A stretch of DNA of 64,000 nucleotides, from positions 1 through 64,000 of the forward strand of contig JAYZAY010000020.1 in the NCBI GenBank assembly GCA_036339465.1, given 5' to 3'. The translations under genes were made by a program, and so were the position numbers. This document shows, in pieces, positions 41,970 to 52,143 of this stretch. The notes below the pieces were generated by a model. That model searched no databases and was not told where the DNA came from. It saw only the letters and a program-made list of their open reading frames with translations. Numbering within the stretch: position 1 is the stretch's first letter; the number at the start of each line of letters is the position of its first letter. This DNA comes from Myxococcota bacterium (lineage in GTDB: Bacteria > Myxococcota > XYA12-FULL-58-9 > JABJBS01).

Positions 41970-42007
41970 TCTTAGAGAGAGGGTCGAGTAAGGCCCCTTC
42001 TCTAAGA
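41970..42007 (+). terminator. Stem-loop between mdh and sdhC (terminator or mRNA-stabilising hairpin)
   Basis: TCTTAGAGA..GGGTC / GGCCC..TCTCTAAGA inverted repeat; the U-tail is not adjacent. Confidence 0.55.
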
Positions 42008-42098
42008 CCATAATTTTTATCGAAATAAGATAGAGGTATTATCTAGAGAATGGCATGGCTGCCATTCAAAGATTACTTTCCACCCAGAGGACAAACAA

Positions 42099-42791
42099 AT
42101 GAATTGGGTTGTCTCGTTTGCAAAATCATCCATCGGCGCCAAAATCATAATGGGAGTGACAGGAGCTGCTCTCGTGGGATTTATCCTGGCTCACATGTTG
42201 GGGAACCTTCAAGTGTTTCTGGGTCCCGATGCATTAAATCAATATGCTAAAAACCTTAAAGACCTCGGTGGTCTCCTGTGGCTGGCTCGGGGAGGCCTAA
42301 TTGCGGTTGCCATCCTCCATATTGCTTCGGGAATTCGCCTCGCAAAGCTGAATAGGGATGCACGCCCCGTTGCTTATGCCCATAAAGCCACAGTAAAAGC
42401 CAGTTTTGCCTCTCGCTATATGGGCCTAAGCGGTTTGGTGGTACTTGCATTTCTCGTTTATCACCTACTACACTTCACCCTCGGCGTAACCCACCCTGAC
42501 CAGCATAGCATGGTCGACAATATGCAACGGCATGATGTCTATAGCATGGTCATTTTGGGATTCCGTGACCCTGCGGTCGCACTTTCATATATCATCGCGA
42601 TATGCTTACTCGGGCTTCATCTTAATCATGGCGCCAGTAGCTTGTTTCAAAGCCTTGGGCTCAAGCACTCAAAATACAATGACTTCATCGCAAAAATTGG
42701 CCCCTTGGTGGCCATCATTGTTGTCGTCGGAAATATATCAATGCCAATCGCTGTTCTTTGCCGCTGGGTCGGTGCGGAAATAGGAGGTTAA
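42099..42791 (+). CDS. sdhC: Succinate dehydrogenase/fumarate reductase cytochrome b subunit (single 5-TM anchor)
   Basis: [19 protein letters not shown], four His-containing helices, [14 protein letters not shown]. Confidence 0.92.
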   Translation: MNWVVSFAKSSIGAKIIMGVTGAALVGFILAHMLGNLQVFLGPDALNQYAKNLKDLGGLLWLARGGLIAVAILHIASGIRLAKLNRDARPVAYAHKATVKASFASRYMGLSGLVVLAFLVYHLLHFTLGVTHPDQHSMVDNMQRHDVYSMVILGFRDPAVALSYIIAICLLGLHLNHGASSLFQSLGLKHSKYNDFIAKIGPLVAIIVVVGNISMPIAVLCRWVGAEIGG

Positions 42792-42795
42792 CAAA

Positions 42796-44709
42796 ATGGA
42801 TTTGACTTCACACGAACCGACCGGAGAAATTTCCGAACGATGGGACAAACATCGATTCGATATGAAACTCGTCAACCCCGCCAACAAAAGAAAATACCGA
42901 GTCATCATGGTGGGATCGGGTCTTGCGGGCGGAGCAGGCGCCGCAACCATGGCCGAACTCGGCTATGATGTCGAGTGTTTTTGCATTCAGGATACACCCA
43001 GACGAGCCCACAGTATCGCGGCTCAAGGTGGGATTAATGCAGCCAAAAACTACCAAAATGATGGTGACAGTGTCTACCGACTCTTTTACGACACCGTTAA
43101 AGGCGGGGACTTCCGCGCCCGCGAGTCCAATGTCTACCGACTGGCGCAAGTAAGCGTTAATATCATCGACCAGTGCGTGGCCCAAGGCGTTCCCTTTGCC
43201 CGTGATTACGGTGGTTATCTAACCAACCGATCCTTTGGTGGTGCTCAAGTTTCACGAACTTTCTACGCACGGGGCCAAACCGGCCAGCAGCTCCTGTTGG
43301 GAGCCTATGGTGCACTCTCCCGTCAGATCAAAGCGGGAAAAGTGAATATGCACACCCGCGAAGAAATGCTCGAACTCGTCCTCGTCAATGGGCAAGCACG
43401 GGGAATCATCACCCGAAATCTGGTAACTGGCAAGCTCAGCGCTTGGGCCGCCGATGCTGTGGTTTTGGGAACGGGCGGCTACGGCAATGTCTTTTACCTT
43501 TCCACCAATGCCATGGGCTCCAACGTCACCGCTCCCTTCCGAGCCTACCGAAAAGGCGCAGGATTTGCGAATCCGTGCTATACACAAATCCATCCTACCT
43601 GCATTCCCGTGAGCGGAGACCATCAATCCAAACTCACCCTGATGAGTGAATCTCTTCGCAATGACGGAAGAGTGTGGGTTCCGAAAACATCAGGAGATAC
43701 GCGACGACCGCGAGACATCCCAGAGACAGACCGAGATTATTACCTAGAACGCCGCTATCCCGCCTTCGGTAACCTCGTTCCACGGGATGTGGCCTCTCGG
43801 GCAGCGAAGCACGAATGCGATGAGGGTCGCGGCGTCGGGCCTGGCGGGCGGGGAGTATTCCTCGATTTCGCAGATTCCATTAACCGACTCGGAAAGGACC
43901 AAGTCGAACAACGCTACGGCAACCTCTTTCAAATGTACGAACGTATTACCGACGATGACCCCTATGAAACGCCCATGCGCATTTATCCTGCGGTTCACTA
44001 CACCATGGGTGGTCTCTGGGTCGACTACAATCTTCAAAGTACCATTCCTGGACTCCATGTCGTCGGCGAGGCAAATTTCTCAGATCACGGTGCCAATCGT
44101 TTGGGAGCAAGCGCACTGATGCAAGGACTGGCCGATGGCTACTTCATTATCCCGTATACCATCGGCAATTACTTCGCCCACAATGCTACCCCTGCCCTGT
44201 CTACGGATGCACCCGAGTTTAAGCAGGCAATGCAAGAATGTGAAAATCGACAGAAAAAATTCTTGGAAATTAATGGAAAACGAACCGTCGATTCCTTCCA
44301 CCGCGAACTGGGAAAAACCATGTGGGAAAACTGCGGCATGGCCAGAAATGCCACGGGGCTTAAAAAGGGAATCGAGCATATTCAGGGGCTCCGAGCTGAA
44401 TTCTGGGAAAATGTGAAAGTGCCTGGCAGCGGAGCGGAACTCAACAGTGAACTAGAAATGGCTGGCCGCGTCGCCGACTTTCTCGAATTCGGTGAAGTCA
44501 TGTGTCGCGACGCACTCAACCGGGAAGAATCCTGTGGCGGTCATTTCCGAGAGGAGCACCAAACCACCGAAGGCGAAGCCCTCCGTGATGATGAAAATTT
44601 CTGCTACGGTTCAGTCTGGGAATACAAGGGCTACGGGGAAACCCCTGCCCTCCATAAAGAAGAACTCCACTTTGATTATGTCAAACTGGCAACGAGGAGC
44701 TACAAGTAA
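42796..44709 (+). CDS. sdhA: Succinate dehydrogenase/fumarate reductase flavoprotein subunit
   Basis: [45 protein letters not shown]. Confidence 0.95.
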   Translation: MDLTSHEPTGEISERWDKHRFDMKLVNPANKRKYRVIMVGSGLAGGAGAATMAELGYDVECFCIQDTPRRAHSIAAQGGINAAKNYQNDGDSVYRLFYDTVKGGDFRARESNVYRLAQVSVNIIDQCVAQGVPFARDYGGYLTNRSFGGAQVSRTFYARGQTGQQLLLGAYGALSRQIKAGKVNMHTREEMLELVLVNGQARGIITRNLVTGKLSAWAADAVVLGTGGYGNVFYLSTNAMGSNVTAPFRAYRKGAGFANPCYTQIHPTCIPVSGDHQSKLTLMSESLRNDGRVWVPKTSGDTRRPRDIPETDRDYYLERRYPAFGNLVPRDVASRAAKHECDEGRGVGPGGRGVFLDFADSINRLGKDQVEQRYGNLFQMYERITDDDPYETPMRIYPAVHYTMGGLWVDYNLQSTIPGLHVVGEANFSDHGANRLGASALMQGLADGYFIIPYTIGNYFAHNATPALSTDAPEFKQAMQECENRQKKFLEINGKRTVDSFHRELGKTMWENCGMARNATGLKKGIEHIQGLRAEFWENVKVPGSGAELNSELEMAGRVADFLEFGEVMCRDALNREESCGGHFREEHQTTEGEALRDDENFCYGSVWEYKGYGETPALHKEELHFDYVKLATRSYK

Positions 44710-45458
44710 TGAAGCTGAATCTCCATATATGGCGACAAAAATCCCCCAACGATGCGGGTAAGATTGTCAAGTATGAAGCCAACGATATCTCTCCAGATAT
44801 GTCATTCTTGGAAATGCTTGATGTTCTTAACGAACAACTCATAGAAAAAGGCGAAGCCCCCATCGAGTATGACCATGATTGCCGAGAAGGCATTTGTGGC
44901 ATGTGCTCAATGGTCATCAACGGTGTAGCCCACGGCCCGGAAAAAGAAACGACGACCTGCCAGCTCCACATGCGAAAGTTCAAGGATGGCGACACAATTT
45001 ACATCGAACCATTCAGAGCCAAAGCATTTCCTGTGGTCAAAGATTTGGTCGTCGATCGAAGTGCCTTCGACCGAATCATTCAAGCTGGGGGATTCATTTC
45101 TGCCAACACTGGAAACGCACCCGATGCCAATGCCATACCTGTTTCGAAGGTCATTGCGGATCAAGCCTTTGACGCAGCAACTTGCATTGGCTGTGGCGCA
45201 TGTGTCGCCGCCTGTAAGAACGCATCAGCAATGCTCTTTGTTTCAGCAAAAATAAACCAATTCAGGGATCTTCCCCAGGGACAGCCAGAAAGATACTCCC
45301 GAGCCAAAAGCATGGTAGAGCAAATGGACGCGGAAGGTTTCGGAGCTTGCGGAAATCAAAATGAATGCGAGGCAGTCTGTCCAAAAGGTATCAAGGTAAG
45401 TAACATCTCCAATATGATACAGGACTACACCAAATCCGTTCTTGCCACCGACAACTAG
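44709..45458 (+). CDS. sdhB: Succinate dehydrogenase/fumarate reductase iron-sulfur subunit
   Basis: [37 protein letters not shown] overlap with sdhA. Confidence 0.95.
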   Translation: MKLNLHIWRQKSPNDAGKIVKYEANDISPDMSFLEMLDVLNEQLIEKGEAPIEYDHDCREGICGMCSMVINGVAHGPEKETTTCQLHMRKFKDGDTIYIEPFRAKAFPVVKDLVVDRSAFDRIIQAGGFISANTGNAPDANAIPVSKVIADQAFDAATCIGCGACVAACKNASAMLFVSAKINQFRDLPQGQPERYSRAKSMVEQMDAEGFGACGNQNECEAVCPKGIKVSNISNMIQDYTKSVLATDN

Positions 45459-45497
45459 TTAAGCTAACGTCCTCCTGGATCTCTTTGGAGGAGTCCC

Positions 45498-45971
45498 ATG
45501 AACAAGTCGCCTTTCAAAACCACACTCATTGTTTCTCTTATTGTTGGTATGCCCTTTTCGGTGTTGGCCACCACCACCAAAGTAGGTAACCCCATTGACG
45601 ACAAGATAAAATCGACCACACTCGCCCAAATCCTAAAAGCACCTAAGACATTCGAAAATAAAAAGATACTGGTAACTGAGGGTCAAGTCAGACAAGTTTG
45701 CCAAAAGAAAGGTTGTTGGATGGAGTTGGCGGTTAACTCCGCCGCCAAAGGAGCCGGATGCCGTGTCACCTTCAAAGATTACGCCTTTTTCGTTCCAAAA
45801 AATTCAATGGGACAACACGCCAGACTGATGGGAAATATCCAACTCAAAAAGATTGATGCCAATAGGGTCAAGTATCTCGAAGCAGAGGGTGGAACATTTT
45901 CACAAAAAGAAAAAGACGGATCGGCCTATGAAGTTCGGTTTGTTGCTTCTGGTGTTGAACTCTCAAAATAA
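45498..45971 (+). CDS. DUF4920 family exported protein
   Basis: Signal peptide; VCQKKGCWM, RVTFKDYAFFVP, FVASGV. Confidence 0.85.
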   Translation: MNKSPFKTTLIVSLIVGMPFSVLATTTKVGNPIDDKIKSTTLAQILKAPKTFENKKILVTEGQVRQVCQKKGCWMELAVNSAAKGAGCRVTFKDYAFFVPKNSMGQHARLMGNIQLKKIDANRVKYLEAEGGTFSQKEKDGSAYEVRFVASGVELSK

Positions 45972-45975
45972 TACC

Positions 45976-46854
45976 TCAACCAGGGATCTTGGGTTGCTTG
46001 ATTGCCCCATAAAGCCCCAATAAAACCAGGCAGCCTCCCATCATATCGGTGAGCACGGGAACCTGGTCGAGAAAAATCAAAGCCAAAACAGCCGCTCCCA
46101 CGGGCTCCAATAGAATCCCCGCGGTGACGGTCGAAGCAGGTATGTAACGCAGGCAATAATTTAAGCCATTGTGGCCTATCAATTGTGGTCCCATAACTAG
46201 CAGAGCCAGCAACATCCAAGTGTGGGCAGAAATCGCCCCCAAGAACGGCTCTCCGAAAATGGCTAGCGGTAAAAGACAGAGGGCCGCCACGGCACAAGTA
46301 ATCCCAGAATAACACGTGGTCGCCAGCCGAGGCCGCACCACCGATCCGATAAAAAAATAGCCAGCCCCCATCACTCCTCCAAACAGAGCCAAGAAATCAC
46401 CCTCAAGGTTGCCCCCAGCACCGCCAAATCCACTCATCACCGCCAACCCTGGCAAAGCTATACCAATACCCGACCAGAAATGGCCCTTCGGAGGTTTTCG
46501 GAGTACACCCCATTCCATCAGGCCCGCCCATATTGGAGCCATGGTCACCAAGAGAGTCGACCTCATAACGGGGATCAATTGCAACGAAGCAAACCAAAAA
46601 GAAAAATGGGCCGCCAATAAGAGCCCACCTAGCAGCGCCTTAAAAAAATCAGGCCGGGATATACGATGAATGACCGGCGCCAACAAAAGACTCGCGCCGG
46701 CCATCCTCAAAAACGCAATCCTTTCGGGCGCAATCCCCTGGACAGCCGCGACAATAACCCCCGCCGCACTAATCGTAGCGACCGCACACAGTAAAACCCC
46801 ATACACGCGCATGGGAATAGCCCCCGACTCCCTCATTTCCTCTACCGCCGCCAT
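45976..46854 (-). CDS. DMT/EamA family transporter
   Basis: About 10 TM segments; LAAHFSFWFASL, GDFLAL, PQLIGH, LLEPVGA; start uncertain. Confidence 0.88.
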   Translation of the reverse strand: MAAVEEMRESGAIPMRVYGVLLCAVATISAAGVIVAAVQGIAPERIAFLRMAGASLLLAPVIHRISRPDFFKALLGGLLLAAHFSFWFASLQLIPVMRSTLLVTMAPIWAGLMEWGVLRKPPKGHFWSGIGIALPGLAVMSGFGGAGGNLEGDFLALFGGVMGAGYFFIGSVVRPRLATTCYSGITCAVAALCLLPLAIFGEPFLGAISAHTWMLLALLVMGPQLIGHNGLNYCLRYIPASTVTAGILLEPVGAAVLALIFLDQVPVLTDMMGGCLVLLGLYGAIKQPKIPG

Positions 46855-47038
46855 AAGAAACACTCCAAGAGTAAAAACCTCCAAAGCCTCGTCTTCAGTA
46901 GCCGAAAACCGTACTATGAGCATTACTCAGATGCATAGAAGACTGAAATTTTGATTTGGACTGATGAAATGGAAGTATTGAACCCACGGAATGGCAAGGG
47001 TGCTCTCAAAGGCCCCAGGAAATGAGTACCGTATCAAG

Positions 47039-48148
47039 TCAGAAGATTTCTATACCAATACGGGTCATCAGCTTCTGTCGGTTGCGGGCAAAGAGACGAG
47101 CACTTAGAACAATATGCATCATCTCATTGACCGTCTGCTCGAAATCATCGTTAATGATAAAATAATGATATTGTCCTGAATTCTCTATTTCCCAACGCGC
47201 GGCCTTAAGTCGACCTTCAATCACTTTGTCAGTATCCGATTGACGCCCCCTTAACCGCTCTTCCAATACCTGAAAACTCGGAGGTAACACAAAAATCAAG
47301 ACAGCACCGGGTCTTTTGCTTAGGATTTGGTAGCCACCGACAACATCGATATCAAAAAAAACATCCCGACCATTTTCAAGGAGCGCTTCAGTCGCTGTTA
47401 AGGACGAACCATAGAAGTTTCCGTGAACTTCCGCCCATTCTAGAAAATCACCGCAGTCAATTTTTGTCTTAAACTCGTCTTTGGAAATAAAATGGTAATC
47501 AATTCCATCTCTCTCTTTAGGCCGTTTTGGTCGACTGGAAAACGAGACTGAGAAATCCAGGTCATTCAAGCGACGTTGTAACTCCCGACAAAGCGATGTC
47601 TTTCCTGCACCGCTGGGGGCCGAAACCACGAATGGAATCCCTGCGCTGGGCACTTGCTCAAGACCATCTACAGCAGTGGTACCCGCGCCCAAATAGTTCA
47701 CTACTTGGGTGGTTGAATGGTCCTTTGGATCCCCCGCAATCTTGACCACGCCCCCAAGAGATCGAACAAGATCTCCTTCAGGTACATTGTCTTCGGTGTA
47801 ATCAGTTCCTTTAGACTGTACGTCGGGCTTAATCGCTCGAATAAGATTCTCGACCGTATCTTCTTCAAATAAAACCACCCAATCGACACACTCTAACCCA
47901 CACAATAGCTCCATCCGTTCACCCTCAGAGACAACTGGACGCCCTTCTCCCTTAACCCGCTCCACGGATGCATCAGAATTCACCGCGACCACTAAAACAT
48001 CACCAAATGTACGTGAATGCGAAAGATACCGTAAATGCCCCACGTGGAGAAGATCGAAGGCGCCATTGGCCAATACGATGCCCTTTCCTTGGGCCTTCAG
48101 CTCAACACAGAGCCCCTTGAGTTCATCTAAGTCTACTTGCTGTCCCAT
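47039..48148 (-). CDS. gmk: Fused heptose-1-phosphate adenylyltransferase (RfaE domain II/HldC) and guanylate kinase
   Basis: N-half: NGAFDLLHVGH, VAVNSD.SV, KGTDY, HSTT. C-half: SAPSGAGKTSL, DGIDYHF, FLEWAEVHGNFYG, DIDVVGG, PPSF..LEERL. Confidence 0.9.
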   Translation of the reverse strand: MGQQVDLDELKGLCVELKAQGKGIVLANGAFDLLHVGHLRYLSHSRTFGDVLVVAVNSDASVERVKGEGRPVVSEGERMELLCGLECVDWVVLFEEDTVENLIRAIKPDVQSKGTDYTEDNVPEGDLVRSLGGVVKIAGDPKDHSTTQVVNYLGAGTTAVDGLEQVPSAGIPFVVSAPSGAGKTSLCRELQRRLNDLDFSVSFSSRPKRPKERDGIDYHFISKDEFKTKIDCGDFLEWAEVHGNFYGSSLTATEALLENGRDVFFDIDVVGGYQILSKRPGAVLIFVLPPSFQVLEERLRGRQSDTDKVIEGRLKAARWEIENSGQYHYFIINDDFEQTVNEMMHIVLSARLFARNRQKLMTRIGIEIF

Positions 48149-49146
48149 ACTCGTAACTCCACGTTCTCACAAATCGCTGCGTTTTCAAGCTCCTGCTGAG
48201 TGCAAGTTGCAGCTCCTTGTTTATTCACCACCACCGAAGCCGCACAATTGGCCAATCGCATGGCGTGCCCCGTGGGTAACCCTGCCGCCAAAGACAAAGC
48301 AAAGGTTGCCATCACAGTATCGCCTGCCCCGGTGACATCGGTGACCTCATCACCACCGACAATATCCGTGTGCTCTAGCTCATCATCGCCCACAGACAAC
48401 GTCATTCCATTTCGTCCCTGGGTTAGAAGTACGACCTTCGCTGATAGTTTTTCCCGTAATTCACAGGCAGCCGTTGCCGCATCCTTTTGAGAGTCGATAG
48501 CGTAACCCAACGCTGCCTCTGCCTCCGGCACATTGGGGGTCACTGCCGTCACCCCAGTAAAGCGGCTCAAATTGTACCGAGAATCGACACAGACCACATG
48601 CCCTTCCCGCGCCAAGTCTTGAGCGGCCTCAATCACCGGCTCACAGACAATGCCAAGCCCATAATCGCTAACGATAATAGCATCCGCGTGCTCTGCCCTC
48701 GCTTTCATTCGAGTCACCATGTCGGCAATCATGGCATCTTCTATGTCGGTGGCCTCATCATCCAACCGTAGAACCTGCTGCCTACTGGTACCCACTGCAC
48801 CAGCCATAATTCTGGTTTTTACCGCAGTCTTACCGTCACCCGAAAAAATGCCAGTCACCATAGCACCCAAGTCATCCAGTGTCTTTCGAATAACGTCACC
48901 GCCAACATCCTGACCAACCACGCTAATCACTTCAACATTCGCGCCCAAAGCCAGCAAGTTCACCGCCGTATTCGCCGCACCCCCTAGGCGATGGGAGGTT
49001 GATTCCTTTCGAACAACAAGTACCGGTGCTTCCCGAGAAACACGCACGGTCTCACCATGAATATAAGTATCCAGGATAAGATCACCGATCACCAAAATGC
49101 GACACCCATTAAAAGTACCGGTTATTTCTTTAAGACGTTGAATCAC
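48133..49146 (-). CDS. hldA: D-glycero-beta-D-manno-heptose-7-phosphate kinase (RfaE domain I/HldA)
   Basis: GDLILD.Y, RVSREAPV, GGAANTA, QQVLRLD, SDYG.G, DVTGAGDT. Confidence 0.9.
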   Translation of the reverse strand: MIQRLKEITGTFNGCRILVIGDLILDTYIHGETVRVSREAPVLVVRKESTSHRLGGAANTAVNLLALGANVEVISVVGQDVGGDVIRKTLDDLGAMVTGIFSGDGKTAVKTRIMAGAVGTSRQQVLRLDDEATDIEDAMIADMVTRMKARAEHADAIIVSDYGLGIVCEPVIEAAQDLAREGHVVCVDSRYNLSRFTGVTAVTPNVPEAEAALGYAIDSQKDAATAACELREKLSAKVVLLTQGRNGMTLSVGDDELEHTDIVGGDEVTDVTGAGDTVMATFALSLAAGLPTGHAMRLANCAASVVVNKQGAATCTQQELENAAICENVELRVWDSK

Positions 49147-49165
49147 TGTTAGGCAGGATACAGAG

Positions 49166-49492
49166 CTACTGGTCTAAATTCAAACCCAGCGCATCAATTT
49201 CTTCAAGCAAAACCTTAGACCGCTGAGAAACTTCTTTCTTAAGCGCGCGCATTTCTTCCAAGGCTCTAAAATATTCATTGGCAATATTGATCGCCGTCAA
49301 TACCATAAGCTTGGGAGTGGAAACCGAAGTACCAGCTGAAACCTCATCGGCCTTTCGGTTAATAAACTGTGCTAAACGCTCCAAATGCTTGGGGTCTTCG
49401 TCTGCCCGCAAAACCAATTTTTGCCCAAGGATATTGACCTCGACGCTTGCTTGCTCTTGCTGACTTCTGACTTGTTTCTCTAAACTCATCAA
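49166..49492 (-). CDS. zapA: Cell division protein ZapA
   Basis: VEVNILGQ, HLERLAQFIN, VLTAINIANEY, C-terminal coiled coil. Confidence 0.85.
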   Translation of the reverse strand: MMSLEKQVRSQQEQASVEVNILGQKLVLRADEDPKHLERLAQFINRKADEVSAGTSVSTPKLMVLTAINIANEYFRALEEMRALKKEVSQRSKVLLEEIDALGLNLDQ

Positions 49493-49542
49493 CTACCCCT
49501 AAACTTCGAGTTTAAGCTCTTAGCGGCTATCTTCCAAGAGCG

Positions 49543-50835
49543 TCAAGCAGCATCTTCGAAAAGAGCATCAATGAATGCATCCCGATGAAATGGGCGCAAG
49601 TCAGAAGACTTCTCACCCACACCGACAAATCTCACCGGAATGTTTAGTTCATGGCTGATACTAAACACCACACCTCCCTTTGCCGTACCATCTAATTTCG
49701 TTAGGATAATTCCCGTCAGCCCAAGAGTCTCGTTAAATTGACGCGCCTGAATCAACGCATTCTGCCCACTGGTACCATCCACAACCAACCAAACCTCATG
49801 GGGCGATCCCGCCTGAGCTTTACCTGCTGCCCTAGCTACTTTTTTGATCTCATCCATGAGTTCGGACTTCGTATGCAGTCTTCCCGCAGTGTCTGCCAAA
49901 ATGAAATCCGCTCCATCCGACACGCCTTTCTCCACCGCCTTGAAGATCACGCTAGCGGGATCAGAACCTTCATCACCGGCAATCACCGGGCATGAAGTCC
50001 GCTCCCCCCATACTTTCAACTGCTCAACCGCAGCGGCTCGAAAAGTATCACCTGCCCCAAGCACCACCGAACGTCCGTCTTCTTTTAGTAAAGCGGCGAT
50101 CTTCCCAATGGTCGTTGTCTTGCCAACCCCGTTCACGCCAACAAATAAGATCACTTTCGAATTAATTTCCCCAAGTGCCAAAGGATTGTCGGGGAGGTCT
50201 CCAATATCCAGAGCATCCCTTAATTTTTCCTTCAACATCGAACGTACGGATTCAGCATCCTTCAATGCGCGAGATTGAACCCCATCCCGCAACGCATCAA
50301 CCAACACCATGGTTAATTTCACACCCACATCGGAAGTCAAAAGAACTTCCTCAAGTTCATCTAAAACGGAATCATCAACCTTTTTGCCTGCGCCTAATAA
50401 ACTGGCAATTCTGCCCAGTAAGCTCGTACGGGTCTTTGCCAATCCCCCTCGGAGAGCCTCATCAACCTGCGGCAATGGTTTGACTTCCGCCTTCGTTTCA
50501 TCTTCAGGTTGAACCTCAAACTCTCCCGCAACCTCAATCCTAGGCTCCGCCACCAACGAAACCGCAGCAACCTCTTCTCCTCCCACCTGACCGTCGAACT
50601 CATCTCGGCGCGTGTCGGAAACATCAGCCTCTCCCGGCTCATGCCCAAAAGTTCCATCGCTGGTGGCTCCTTCTGCCTTAAGACCATCCAATGGATGTTC
50701 TTCTGTGGACTCATCGACCTCGGCATAGAGTTTTTTCTTTTCTTCATGGGTACGACGTAGAGCAGTAATGACCAACCATAAAAAGAGCAGTGAAAATATA
50801 CCGGTGACTATCATCGTTAAAGTCGTTGAATCCAT
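49543..50835 (-). CDS. ftsY: Signal recognition particle receptor FtsY with N-terminal TM and acidic domain
   Basis: GVNGVGKTTTIGK, DTFRAAA, DTAGRLH, TKLDGTAKGG. Confidence 0.95.
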   Translation of the reverse strand: MDSTTLTMIVTGIFSLLFLWLVITALRRTHEEKKKLYAEVDESTEEHPLDGLKAEGATSDGTFGHEPGEADVSDTRRDEFDGQVGGEEVAAVSLVAEPRIEVAGEFEVQPEDETKAEVKPLPQVDEALRGGLAKTRTSLLGRIASLLGAGKKVDDSVLDELEEVLLTSDVGVKLTMVLVDALRDGVQSRALKDAESVRSMLKEKLRDALDIGDLPDNPLALGEINSKVILFVGVNGVGKTTTIGKIAALLKEDGRSVVLGAGDTFRAAAVEQLKVWGERTSCPVIAGDEGSDPASVIFKAVEKGVSDGADFILADTAGRLHTKSELMDEIKKVARAAGKAQAGSPHEVWLVVDGTSGQNALIQARQFNETLGLTGIILTKLDGTAKGGVVFSISHELNIPVRFVGVGEKSSDLRPFHRDAFIDALFEDAA

Positions 50836-50958
50836 GCGAGCCGGTGTAGCTGGCTCCGAAGAACCTGTCAACGAACCCACCTTTAAGTGGATAAAACAGA
50901 CAAAAATCACGACCCGAATGTCCCCTAGCCCACCCGCAATAGATATGATAGCTGCCCG

Positions 50959-52143
50959 ATGGTGGCAGAAAAACCAACCATCATGATTGTGGCCGGAGAA
51001 GCCTCGTCAGATCTCCATGGCGCCCATTTACTCAAAGCCCTCAGAAAACAAGGCTTTGAAGGTCGAATCGCAGGAGTCGGCGGGGAGCATATGCGAACCG
51101 AAAAATTCGAGACAATTATCCCGGCCGAATCATTTTCCATCGCTGGCCTCACCGAAGTCATTTTGGCCTTACCCAGAATGTTGAGCTACCTCCTAAGACT
51201 CACAAAGTGGGCTCGAAAACACCGCCCCGCCGTTGCCGTTCTCACCGATCTACCCGACTTCAACCTGCGCCTAGCGAAGCGACTCAAGAAAATAGGAATT
51301 CCGGTCATCTACTATATCAGCCCTCAACTCTGGGCATGGCGAACCAAGCGCGTCGAACAAGTCAAAAAATACATCGATAAAATGTTGGTGATTCTTCCTT
51401 TTGAAGAAAGTTTCTATCACGAACATGGCGTCGAGGTTGAATTCGTAGGGCATCCACTCATGGAAGAGATTCGGAATGCCCCCAATCAAGAAGAAGCAAG
51501 AAAGCAACTTCAACTCGATGCGCCCGAAACACGAATCATCGCCTTGCTACCGGGAAGTCGGCGCAAAGAAGTAGCCAAACACCTCCCAACGATGCTCCAA
51601 AGTATTACAATGTTGCGACAAAGATTCCCCGAACTCGAAGTTGTCATCCCTGTCGCAAGTGCCGTATTGCGAAAACTCGTGGAGCAAATTGTCAAAATAG
51701 AAGGGGTTCAAGTAAAACTTCTACCCGGTAATTCAAACGTTGCCTTGAGAGCCGCCGACGCTGCAATCGTGTGCTCGGGAACGTCCACTCTGCAAACCGC
51801 TTTACTCAACCGCCCTATGGTGATCATCTATAAGGTATCCACTCTTTCTTACTGGCTCCTAAAAAAACTCGTCAAGGTCTCCCATATCGGGCTGGTAAAT
51901 CTGGTTGCCGGCAGGCGGCTGGTTCCAGAACTCCTTCAAGATGACTTGACACCCAACAATCTCTATTCGGAAATGGCGGAGATACTCACAAACCAAAAGC
52001 TACAGAAATCCTTAGAAAGCGAATTTCACCAACTCAGAGCCTCCCTAGAGACCAACGATGTATCTGCCAAAGTTGCTAACCACATCCTGGAATTTGTAAA
52101 CAAATCGAAAACACCCGCTCAACAGCCCCCCCTGCAACCATGA
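50959..52143 (+). CDS. lpxB: Lipid-A-disaccharide synthase
   Basis: AGEASSDLHG, DLPDFNL, YYISPQLWAWR, ILPFE, VGHPL, LLPGSR. Confidence 0.95.
   Translation: MVAEKPTIMIVAGEASSDLHGAHLLKALRKQGFEGRIAGVGGEHMRTEKFETIIPAESFSIAGLTEVILALPRMLSYLLRLTKWARKHRPAVAVLTDLPDFNLRLAKRLKKIGIPVIYYISPQLWAWRTKRVEQVKKYIDKMLVILPFEESFYHEHGVEVEFVGHPLMEEIRNAPNQEEARKQLQLDAPETRIIALLPGSRRKEVAKHLPTMLQSITMLRQRFPELEVVIPVASAVLRKLVEQIVKIEGVQVKLLPGNSNVALRAADAAIVCSGTSTLQTALLNRPMVIIYKVSTLSYWLLKKLVKVSHIGLVNLVAGRRLVPELLQDDLTPNNLYSEMAEILTNQKLQKSLESEFHQLRASLETNDVSAKVANHILEFVNKSKTPAQQPPLQP

Noticed and set aside
49147..49165. 6S RNA expected after zapA
   Set aside because: Only 19 nt separate zapA from hldA.
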